Assembly: GCA_023418055.1 (NCBI GenBank)
Contig: JAEZDP010000064.1
Coordinates: 687 to 64,686, forward strand
Direction: 5' to 3'
From: Acidobacteriota bacterium
Lineage (GTDB): Bacteria; Acidobacteriota; Vicinamibacteria; Vicinamibacterales; Vicinamibacteraceae
Length of the DNA: 64,000 nt
The position numbers and the translations under genes were made by a program. The notes beneath the pieces are model-generated. The model saw nothing but the letters and a program-made list of their open reading frames with translations, had not been told where the DNA came from and searched no databases. How positions within the stretch are numbered: position 1 is the first letter of the stretch; each line of letters begins with the position of its first letter. This document shows positions 47,659 through 55,447 of the stretch, piece after piece.

Positions 47659-49817
47659 GCCTGCGCCTCCGCCGACCTGTCGGCACACACGCCGTCAGGG
47701 CCGAACACCACGACACGGGGACACCGTGTCAGCAGCGTCGCATCGTCGCTGATGCAGACGAGTGTCCACGGCGCCGCCGGGTCGAAGAGCGCGTCGAGCG
47801 TCTGCGCGCCACTCGGCGACGCCACGTCGAGGCGATCGAGCGTGCGGTCCACGACGAGCAGCCGCGGCTGGCCGACGATGGCTCGGGCCACCATCAGGCG
47901 TATGGCCTGCCCCGAAGACAGCGGCCGTCCGCTTGGATGCAGCTCCGTCGCGAGGCCGTCGGGCAGCGCCTGCAGGTCGTCGAGCAGCCCCACACGCCGC
48001 AGCGCCACGTCCACGTCGGAGAGGCTCAGGTCCTCGCGTCCGAGGCGGACGTTGTCGAGGACGGTGCCCGGAAACACCTCGAGGCCGCGCACGAGCGACA
48101 CGTGTTCCCGGAGGTCGGTCGGCGACACGGTGCGCACGTCCACGTCGTCGACCAGCACCACGCCTCGCGTGGCGGCACGCAGGCCGAAGACCAGATCGGC
48201 AAACGTGCGCTTACCCGCACCGGCGGGTCCCGTAATCCCCACGCGCTCACCAGGTGCCACGGCCAGCCTGTCGATCACGACCGCCGGTCCTTCGCCGTCA
48301 GGGTAGTGCACCTCCACGTCACGCAGGGCCAGGGCGGCAGGCCGTCCGGGCGTCAGCGTGGCTTCACCGTCGGCACGCTCGAGCGGCAGGTCCACCAGGG
48401 CTCCGAGTTTGTCGATGGCCGCCAGCAGGTCGTAGAAGACCTCGAGCTGCTTGCCGAACTTGGTGAAGGCGCTGACCATCAGCGTGACGATGAGTTCGCT
48501 GGCCACGAGCTGGCCGAGCGTGAGCTGACGGTCGATGACCAGCCACCCGCCGATGCCGAGCAGCGCCGAGCTCGCGAGCGCCTGCAGGGCAAACGATCCG
48601 ACGATCTGCCGCAGCAGGATCCGGAAGTGCTTGGCCCTGTAGGCCAGGTACTCGTCGAGCAACTCCTGCGAGCGATGCGTGGCGTACGCCGCGGCGCCCA
48701 TCGACTTGAACGTGACCAGATGACCCGCGATCTGCTCGAGCCAGGCCTCGAGCGCGTACTTGGCCTTCGACTCGTGGATGCTGGTGCCGATGGCGCCTCG
48801 GCCGAGGACGAAGACGATGAAGAGCATGGCCGCGACCAGCATCACGTCGAAGGCGAGCAACCAGGGGTGATACAGCGCCAGCAGCACCATGCCGATGGTG
48901 GTCTGCATGACGATGCTGAGGCCGTCGATGAGCAGCAGTGAGGCCGACTTCTGCACCGTGACGACGTCGAAGAAGCGGTTGACCAACTCCGGACCGTGGT
49001 AGCGGTCGAAGGCGTCGGCGCGGACGCGCAGCAGGCGGTGGGTCACGTCGAGCGCGGTTCTCGCGAAGAGGCTCCGCTGGATGATCTCGACCACCACCGC
49101 GCGCAGCGCGTTGATGACCGTGGACACGCCGAGCGCCACGGCGACGAGCAACGTCAGCACGACCAGCGGCTGGAGGACCGATCCAAAGGCAATCGTGTTG
49201 ACGAGCGACTGGACGGCCACCGGCACGACCAGCGAGAGCAGGCCGATGACGATGGAGTAGACCAGCGCCACCCAGAGCGTCTGCCGCTCGCCGCGCAGCA
49301 GCGCGCGAAGACGTGCACCCGGCGTCATGCCGGCCTGCGTGGCGCGCATCGCGTCGAGGGGGGCGACAGGCGCGATGACCACCCAGAGCAGCGACGCGGC
49401 CAGGTCGGGCGCCCCGAGCAGGCGCAGCAGGGACTGCGGCGAGACTCCCGTCGCGCGCGGAGAGGTGAGCGGACGCGCGATACGGATCCGCCGGCGTCGG
49501 CCTTCCAACACCGCGATGGGCTCAGCGCTGCCGGCCCGGGCGCCGAACGAGATCCAGGGGTGCGACGGGTGGGCGTCGGCAATCACGTCGTCGAGCGGGC
49601 GTTCGACCAGGATGGCGTCGAGGCCGACCTGAGGGAGCAGCCAGGCGAGCGTGTCGACGGGGCGTGCCGCGGGTCGTTTGCTGAGGCGGCGCAGGGCGGC
49701 TTCGAGCAGTTCGGGTTCGCACTCGACGTCGTACGTGCGCAGGAGCCAGCGCACGAGGGTCCGCCAGGCGCCGATGTCGAGGGATGTGGGGGGAACGGCG
49801 TCAGAGGACGGAGTCAT
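47655..49817 (-). CDS. HlyB-like ABC exporter (N-terminal C39-like domain without catalytic Cys, six-TM domain, nucleotide-binding domain with degenerate catalytic motifs)
   Basis: 720 aa from ATG 49817. The six-TM exporter domain is present, and the signature LSSGQ is retained. Walker A is GPAGAGKRT, Walker B is LLVVDR, there is no Q-loop Gln (VSLVRGLE), and the H-loop position reads CISDD. Confidence 0.85.
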   Translation of the reverse strand: MTPSSDAVPPTSLDIGAWRTLVRWLLRTYDVECEPELLEAALRRLSKRPAARPVDTLAWLLPQVGLDAILVERPLDDVIADAHPSHPWISFGARAGSAEPIAVLEGRRRRIRIARPLTSPRATGVSPQSLLRLLGAPDLAASLLWVVIAPVAPLDAMRATQAGMTPGARLRALLRGERQTLWVALVYSIVIGLLSLVVPVAVQSLVNTIAFGSVLQPLVVLTLLVAVALGVSTVINALRAVVVEIIQRSLFARTALDVTHRLLRVRADAFDRYHGPELVNRFFDVVTVQKSASLLLIDGLSIVMQTTIGMVLLALYHPWLLAFDVMLVAAMLFIVFVLGRGAIGTSIHESKAKYALEAWLEQIAGHLVTFKSMGAAAYATHRSQELLDEYLAYRAKHFRILLRQIVGSFALQALASSALLGIGGWLVIDRQLTLGQLVASELIVTLMVSAFTKFGKQLEVFYDLLAAIDKLGALVDLPLERADGEATLTPGRPAALALRDVEVHYPDGEGPAVVIDRLAVAPGERVGITGPAGAGKRTFADLVFGLRAATRGVVLVDDVDVRTVSPTDLREHVSLVRGLEVFPGTVLDNVRLGREDLSLSDVDVALRRVGLLDDLQALPDGLATELHPSGRPLSSGQAIRLMVARAIVGQPRLLVVDRTLDRLDVASPSGAQTLDALFDPAAPWTLVCISDDATLLTRCPRVVVFGPDGVCADRSAEAQA

Positions 49818-49957
49818 ATGTCTATGTGTGCGAACATATGCACATATAGAGATATTGGAAACGCACGAGGCTGTCAAGGGGCGTGGGTGCGGGTTCCCCG
49901 GGGGGGGCGCACGCGTTTGACAGAACCCAGGTACCCGATTAGGCTTGACATCAATGA

Positions 49958-49977
49958 ACATGCAGAGGTCTGCATGT
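49958..49977. promoter_or_regulatory. Candidate ArsR-family operator (perfect 8-4-8 inverted repeat)
   Basis: ACATGCAG-AGGT-CTGCATGT overlaps the first candidate ATG (49974) of the ArsR gene. TTGACA hexamers occur at 49917..49922 and 49945..49950 on the plus strand and at 49877..49872 on the minus strand. Confidence 0.35.
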
Positions 49978-50366
49978 ATGTCCTCCTTGCCATGCCCTCA
50001 CGCGCCCTCGTCGCCAAGGAACTGGGCAGCCTGTTCAGCGTCTTCACCCACCCGGACCGCATCCGGATCGTCGAGGAACTCCGCGACGGCGAACGGGACG
50101 TGAACGCCCTGCAGACCGCGCTCAACGTCACGCATTCCCGCACCTCGCAGAACCTGGCCATCCTGCGGGCGCATCGCCTCGTGATCGAGCGCCGCGAGGG
50201 GCGGCACGTGTACTACCGCCTGGTCGCCCCCGAGATTGCCCGCTGGGTGCTCGACGGCTTGCGCTTCATCGAGGCCGACCTCGAGCGCGTCCACGAGCGC
50301 CAGTCGGCGATCGACGAGGCCCGCCAGCTCTGGACCCCCGACGCCGCCCCTGGCTCTGACGCCTGA
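49974..50366 (+). CDS. ArsR/SmtB-family transcriptional regulator
   Basis: The C-terminal 130 aa of track ORF 48996..50366 are the plausible gene. The HTH reads FSVFTHPDRIRIVEELRDGERDVNALQTALNVTHSRTSQNLAILRAHRLVIERREGRHVYYRL. The start is ATG 49974 or 49992. Confidence 0.85.
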   Translation: MYVLLAMPSRALVAKELGSLFSVFTHPDRIRIVEELRDGERDVNALQTALNVTHSRTSQNLAILRAHRLVIERREGRHVYYRLVAPEIARWVLDGLRFIEADLERVHERQSAIDEARQLWTPDAAPGSDA

Positions 50367-50609
50367 CGTCCTCTCCCCATCTCTGACCACCTCGTCCGGG
50401 CTCAATAAGGCGACTTAAGGCGTCGTGATGGGTGACAATCGTCGTCCCCGCCATGGGCAGGTTCTACTGACGCCGATCTTTTCCACAGGCACCCGCCTTG
50501 CACTCGTCTCGCGACGCCATTCAACTCCAGTGGCGAAACCTCCTCGCACCGGTGACGTCCTCTGCCGGCGGGAAGGTGGTGACTGCGCGCTTGATGCCGA
50601 GGTGTTGCC

Positions 50610-51188
50610 ATGCCCAAGTTCGTGTTGCCGTTTCTCGTGGTCGGCCTGCTCTGCGCGTCCGACGCCCGCGCCGCGCTCATCGTCTACTCTGCCGTCCTGT
50701 CGGGTGATATCGAAGCGCCGCCGAACGACTCGCCAGGGACCGGGACGGCCCGGGTGTGGTACGACGACGTGGCGCACACGCTGCGCGTGTGGACCAGCTT
50801 CAGCAACCTCGTCAGCCCTGTGACCGCGGCACACATCCATGCACCCACGGCGCTGCCGGGCGAGGGCACGGCGGGTGTTGCCACGGCAGTCCCGACGTTC
50901 CCCGGGTTCCCCGCTGGCGTCACGGCGGGGTCCTACGACAACACCTTCGACCTGGCTCTGGCCGAGTCCTGGAACCCCGCCTTCGTCACCGCCAACGGCG
51001 GAACGACCGCCAGCGCTGAAGCGGCGTTCGCTGCGGCTCTCGCCAGCGGGCGGTCCTACTTGAACATCCACTCGGAAGAATTTCGCGCGGGAGAGATCCG
51101 GGGGTTCCTGACGCCGGTACCCGAGCCCGCCTCGCTGCTCCTTTTCGGTCTGGCCGCGGCCGGCCTCGCCTGCAGACGCCGGCGCTGA
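50610..51188 (+). CDS. CHRD-domain protein with PEP-CTERM sorting signal
   Basis: 192 aa with a signal peptide. CHRD-like motifs are AAHIHAPTA and YLNIHSEEFRAGEIRGFL. The C-terminal VPEPASLLLFGLAAAGLACRRRR is a PEP motif, a TM helix and a basic tail. Confidence 0.85.
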   Translation: MPKFVLPFLVVGLLCASDARAALIVYSAVLSGDIEAPPNDSPGTGTARVWYDDVAHTLRVWTSFSNLVSPVTAAHIHAPTALPGEGTAGVATAVPTFPGFPAGVTAGSYDNTFDLALAESWNPAFVTANGGTTASAEAAFAAALASGRSYLNIHSEEFRAGEIRGFLTPVPEPASLLLFGLAAAGLACRRRR

Positions 51189-51208
51189 ACTTGGGTACCA
51201 TCACCGGC

Positions 51209-51505
51209 ATGGGCACGGATGCGCCGAAGAGTCGGCTCGAACTGGTGATGGAACGCCTGCGCAAGCAGGACGAAGCGCAGGGCGTGGCACAGGTGTCGCT
51301 CACCGATGCGCAGCGGGAGGCGCTGGCGGAAGCGAGGCGGCAGCACGAGGCGCGCGTGGCCGAGCGCCGAATCATGCACCAGGCCGCCGTGGCGACGGCC
51401 GACCCGTCGGCGCGCGAAGAGCGCGAACACGAGTTGCGCCGTGACCTCGACCGCTACGAACGCGAGTACGAAGAGAAGGCCGCTGGCATCAGGCGAGGGG
51501 CGTGA
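51209..51505 (+). CDS. Small charged, coiled-coil-like hypothetical protein
   Basis: 98 aa from ATG 51209 (the track start is TTG 51191). The Glu/Arg-rich helical sequence (LELVMERLRKQDEAQ...ELRRDLDRYEREYEEKAAG) looks protein-like rather than like a GC shadow. I recognise no family. Confidence 0.45.
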   Translation: MGTDAPKSRLELVMERLRKQDEAQGVAQVSLTDAQREALAEARRQHEARVAERRIMHQAAVATADPSAREEREHELRRDLDRYEREYEEKAAGIRRGA

Positions 51506-51527
51506 CGCGCGCATCGGCCGGCGCGCG

Positions 51528-52442
51528 TCACGCTGGACACGCGTACGGGTCTGCCGCCGAGGCCACGTCACGCCGGGCGTCGGCCTCGTGCTGTCCACGA
51601 CGTGCGACCCGCCGAGAGCAGTCGACCAGCGTGAAGAGATAGTCGCGCAGCCGCACGTCGTGGCCGATGCGATGGTGCTGCCGGTACAGGAGAGGCTGCA
51701 CCAGGTTCCAGTTCCAGCCGAAGTGCTCGGTTCGAGGCGTGACTCGCAGGCTCCCCAGGACCGTCGTGGCCTCTGGATCCACGGCGCGCAAGGACTTCTT
51801 CCCACGGAGAGGGAGCCCGCGCAGGATGCCCGTCCGCTGATAGAGGTTCACCGCGTACCGGACGTTGGCAGGCACACGGGGCTGGCGCAACGTGAAGGCA
51901 TCCACGTAGACCGCCAGCGCGACGTCGATGTCGTGAGCCGCAAGCGCCCGCGCGAACTTCGTGATGGCCCCGGCCCCCCAACTGTGTCCGTAGACCAGCA
52001 CCAGCGGCCGAGGCGTGGCCGAGTCTGCCCTCGGCATCAATCCGCGTACGTCAGTCGCGGCCCGGCGCCAGTGGAAGTTGCTGTACGTGGCCACGACGAC
52101 GTCGGGGGAGGCGCCGTTCGCCTCGACGAGGGCCCGGCGCATGCGGACGACCCCCGACACGCGGCTGTCGCGCCGCTCGAGGCCTCCGGTGAAGCCCACG
52201 ACGATCACGGCTGGCGTGTGCGCATCCACCACGTCGGGCGTGAGGATGGCGCCTGCCGGCGACAGCGACGCCAGGGCCTGCAACGAGCGCTGCCGCAGGG
52301 TCACCCAGGCATCGTCGTGGTCGTCGGACGCCCATGACGGTATCGACGAGGCGCACAGGACGACAAGCAGCGCCAGCCCGCGCAAGGCGGCACGCGCGCG
52401 TCCGAGGGGCGGTGCCGTGTGGCCGAAGCTGCGAGCGTCCAT
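51528..52442 (-). CDS. Secreted alpha/beta-hydrolase-like protein (GHSWG nucleophile elbow)
   Basis: 304 aa with a signal peptide (LALLVVLCASSIPSWA). VLVYGHSWGAGAI fits the GxSxG lipase/esterase motif. Confidence 0.65.
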   Translation of the reverse strand: MDARSFGHTAPPLGRARAALRGLALLVVLCASSIPSWASDDHDDAWVTLRQRSLQALASLSPAGAILTPDVVDAHTPAVIVVGFTGGLERRDSRVSGVVRMRRALVEANGASPDVVVATYSNFHWRRAATDVRGLMPRADSATPRPLVLVYGHSWGAGAITKFARALAAHDIDVALAVYVDAFTLRQPRVPANVRYAVNLYQRTGILRGLPLRGKKSLRAVDPEATTVLGSLRVTPRTEHFGWNWNLVQPLLYRQHHRIGHDVRLRDYLFTLVDCSRRVARRGQHEADARRDVASAADPYACPA

Positions 52443-52507
52443 GGCCCGATTGTTTCACGGCTCTCCACCCGCGTGACACCGTCGCGGCGTGCGGCAAGCG
52501 TTGGGCG

Positions 52508-53065
52508 TCAGCCCTCGGACAGGCACGTGAACACGAGGCGGTAGAACTCGGGATGCGACTGCCAGGTTTGGCCGGTGACGATCCGGCCGTCGCGCACCGC
52601 CTGCTCGTCGGTCACGTAGGTGGCTCCCGCCGCCGCGATCTCCCAGCGGCAGTGCTCGTACGCGGTCACCGTGCGTCCCCCGATGAGCCCGGCAGCCGCC
52701 AGAATCTGCACGCCATGGCAGATGGCAAACACCCACTTGCCGCTGCTGTCGAACGCGCGCACCAGGTCCAGCACCCGCGCGTCGTGACGCAGGTACTCGG
52801 GCGCCCGTCCGCCCAGCACCAGGATCGCCGCGTAATCATCCGCTGACACATCGTCGAACGTCGCGTCGGCCTCGACGACGTAGCCCTGCCGCTCGATGTA
52901 GGTGTCCCAGCCCGGCTCGAAGTCGTGGATGACCAGGTGCAGCCGGCGCCGACTGGGGGCGGCCACGGTGACCTCCCAGCCGGCCTCCAGAAAGCGGTGA
53001 CGGGCATAGAGGCATTCGTAACTCTCGCCGGCATCGCCGGTGATGATCAGGATCTGGTGGGGCAT
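52508..53065 (-). CDS. DJ-1/PfpI-family protein (class I glutamine amidotransferase-like)
   Basis: 185 aa. The pattern ILIITGDAGE...AILVLGGRAPE...VFAICHGVQILAAAG includes the nucleophile-elbow Cys. Confidence 0.9.
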   Translation of the reverse strand: MPHQILIITGDAGESYECLYARHRFLEAGWEVTVAAPSRRRLHLVIHDFEPGWDTYIERQGYVVEADATFDDVSADDYAAILVLGGRAPEYLRHDARVLDLVRAFDSSGKWVFAICHGVQILAAAGLIGGRTVTAYEHCRWEIAAAGATYVTDEQAVRDGRIVTGQTWQSHPEFYRLVFTCLSEG

Positions 53066-53092
53066 GGGGAACTCACAAGGTCACAGGCCGCA

Positions 53093-53155
53093 AGCAAGCA
53101 TCAGGCATTAGGCATTAGGCATTAGGCATCAAGCATCAGGCATTAGGCATTAGGC
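53093..53155 (-). repeat. Tandem heptanucleotide array, 9 units (plus strand ATTAGGC/ATCAGGC/ATCAAGC; minus strand CCTAATG-type)
   Basis: AGCAAGC ATCAGGC ATTAGGC ATTAGGC ATTAGGC ATCAAGC ATCAGGC ATTAGGC ATTAGGC. It ends 1 nt before the sulfatase stop codon (53157..53159) and lies 28 nt upstream of the DJ-1 ATG (53065). Both flanking genes are on the minus strand. Confidence 0.9.
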
Positions 53156-53156
53156 T

Positions 53157-54626
53157 TCACTCCCTGCCGCGTGGCGCCGCCGGCCCGCCGTAGTACGGAT
53201 AGCGATCCCAGCGGTCGTCGGCGTCGGACGCTCGTGGATCGGCTGTGTCGCGCTGCCAGGCGTCGAGCGTCGCACGCAAGGTGGCCAGCACCTCGGCGCG
53301 CGCGGGATCGGTCGCCACGTTGGTCGTCTGGTGCGGATCGTCGGCGAGTGCGTACAACTCCTCGGCGGGACGCCTGGCCATGGCGAGGCGGAAGTACGGC
53401 GCGATCGCCGGATCCGCAGATCGGCCAAGCAGGACCTGCTTGGAGGGCCCGTCGTCGATGTCGCCGTAGGGGCCGACCGAGTGGTACAGCTCGGGGTCAC
53501 CTGCGGGCCAGCGGTCGGGGCGCAGGTTGCGGACGTACAGATGGTCGCGCGTGCGGATGGCGCGGACGGGATACGACAGGTCGCCTCGACGCACGTTGGC
53601 GTGGCGTTCGCGTTCGAGGAACACATGGTCGCGGTCGGCCTCGGGTTCTCCGCGCAGCACGCGGCGCAGGCTGCGTCCCGACATGTCGCTCCTCGGGGGC
53701 AGTCCGGCCACCTCGAGGAAGGTCGGCGCGAGATCGACGAGGTTGACCATCGCGTCCGACACGGCGTCGGCGCGCACCTGGCCGGGCCAGCGGACGACGA
53801 GGGGCACACGCGTACCGCCGTCGTAGACGGTGGCCTTGGCCCGCGGAAAGGGCATGCCGTTGTCGGCCGTCACGACGACGAGAGTGTCGTCGAGTTCGCC
53901 GGCGCGCTCGAGCGCCGCGACGATCTCGCCGAGTTCGCGGTCGAAGCGCTCGACCTCGAACAGGTAGTCAGCGATGTCGCCACGCACCTCGGGCGTGTCG
54001 GGCAGGAATGGCGGCACCGACACGCGCGCCGGGTCGATACCCCCGCGGGCGCCGCTGCCAGCCTCGTAGGGGCGATGGGGGTCCTGGCTGCCGAACCAGA
54101 AGACGAAAGGTGCGGCGTCTGGACGCGCGGCGATGAACGCCCCGAAGTCGTCGTACTTGCGGCCTGCCGGATCCTGCGTGCGTCCGCCGGGGGCGAGTTG
54201 TCCCGGGCCCCAACCCTTGCGGGTGGACCCGGCGTGATAGCCCGCCTCCGCCAGCAGTTCGGGATAGACGGCGAAGCGCGCGGGCAGGAATCCCCACAAC
54301 TGGCTGCCCTCGTCGAGGCGATGCGGGTACTGTCCCGTAAGCAACGCTGCACGCGACGGCGTGCAGGACGGGGCGGCGACGAACGCGTGCGTGAAGCGCA
54401 TGCCCTCGCGTGCCAGGCGGTCGATCGTGGGCGTGCGCACCGCGGGGTCGCCGTAGGCCCCGGCGTGGAGCCACGACCAGTCGTCAGCGATGGCAACGAG
54501 GATGTTGGGCCGTTGCGGAGCGATGGGCGCCTGCGCCCGCGTGTCGGTTGCCCCGTGCCACACGAGCGCGGAGAGCATGGCTGACGCCGCCAGCACGATG
54601 CTGGCAGCACGGCGGCTGAAGCGCAT
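53157..54626 (-). CDS. Sulfatase (formylglycine-dependent, arylsulfatase/N-sulfoglucosamine sulfohydrolase-like), secreted
   Basis: 489 aa with a signal peptide. The CTPSRAALLTGQYPHR formylglycine motif is present, along with DDWSW metal-binding region patterns. Confidence 0.9.
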   Translation of the reverse strand: MRFSRRAASIVLAASAMLSALVWHGATDTRAQAPIAPQRPNILVAIADDWSWLHAGAYGDPAVRTPTIDRLAREGMRFTHAFVAAPSCTPSRAALLTGQYPHRLDEGSQLWGFLPARFAVYPELLAEAGYHAGSTRKGWGPGQLAPGGRTQDPAGRKYDDFGAFIAARPDAAPFVFWFGSQDPHRPYEAGSGARGGIDPARVSVPPFLPDTPEVRGDIADYLFEVERFDRELGEIVAALERAGELDDTLVVVTADNGMPFPRAKATVYDGGTRVPLVVRWPGQVRADAVSDAMVNLVDLAPTFLEVAGLPPRSDMSGRSLRRVLRGEPEADRDHVFLERERHANVRRGDLSYPVRAIRTRDHLYVRNLRPDRWPAGDPELYHSVGPYGDIDDGPSKQVLLGRSADPAIAPYFRLAMARRPAEELYALADDPHQTTNVATDPARAEVLATLRATLDAWQRDTADPRASDADDRWDRYPYYGGPAAPRGRE

Positions 54627-54682
54627 GACGCAGCATACCCCGATTGGTGCGATAGTAACGGCACGTCATCAGGAGGTGGAGC

Positions 54683-55345
54683 ATGCGACAGGGTAGCGCC
54701 GCAGGACTCGCACGCAGGACACGCGTGTGGACTGCAGCGATGATGCTTGCCTGCGCAGGCGCGGCACTGACTGGCGTGTGGTCCGCCGGCGACGCGGCCG
54801 CCCAGCCCCGGGCTGGGGGGCGCGTGCGTCCTGTCGACATGGCGAGTGCCCCCGCGCCCGTGAAGTCCGCCCAGGCGAAGGCCGACACGGCAATCGGCGA
54901 CCTGCAACGCACGCTCGTCGCACGGCTCACGGAAGCCATGACTCAGGGTGGACCGCAAGCGGCGGTCTCCGTGTGCCGTGACGAGGCGCAGACACTGACC
55001 ATGAAGATCGGGACGCAGCATGGCCTCGCGATCGGCCGCACGAGCCATCTCGTGCGCAACCCGTCGAACGCGCCGCGCGCGTGGGCGACGGACGTCGTCG
55101 CCGCGTCGGCGGGGCAGAAGGTGGCAGACGCGCAAACGCACGCCTTTCATCTGGGTGGCCGCCGCATCGGCGTGCTGAAGCCGATCGGGACGATGCCGCT
55201 CTGCGTGACGTGTCACGGCCCGCGCGAGCAGGTGCAGGCGGCCATCGGCGATGTGCTCACGACCGCGTACCCGGAGGACCGCGCGGTCGGCTTCGCGGCT
55301 GGAGACCTGCGGGGGTGGTTCTGGGCTGAGGTGCCGGTGCGGTGA
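54683..55345 (+). CDS. DUF3365 (Tll0287-like) domain protein with a CxxCH haem-binding motif
   Basis: 220 aa with AGGAGG 7 nt upstream and a signal peptide. The C-terminal pattern is ...KPIGTMPLCVTCHGP......GDLRGWFW. Confidence 0.75.
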   Translation: MRQGSAAGLARRTRVWTAAMMLACAGAALTGVWSAGDAAAQPRAGGRVRPVDMASAPAPVKSAQAKADTAIGDLQRTLVARLTEAMTQGGPQAAVSVCRDEAQTLTMKIGTQHGLAIGRTSHLVRNPSNAPRAWATDVVAASAGQKVADAQTHAFHLGGRRIGVLKPIGTMPLCVTCHGPREQVQAAIGDVLTTAYPEDRAVGFAAGDLRGWFWAEVPVR

Positions 55346-55447
55346 GCGGTGCCCCCGGCTGGACGCGCATGAGCGCACGTGGCGATCCGTCCTGGCGTGC
55401 GAGTCCGTGAGCCACCTCAGCGGGCCGTCCACGGGCTCTGGCTTATA

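Noticed and set aside
50367-50609. A known riboswitch or small ORF in the long CHRD leader.
   Set aside because: The ORFs in the track here (for example 50425..50823 and 50498..50707) overlap the CHRD gene out of frame and look like shadow sequence. I recognised no riboswitch core. It is kept only as an open question in the findings.
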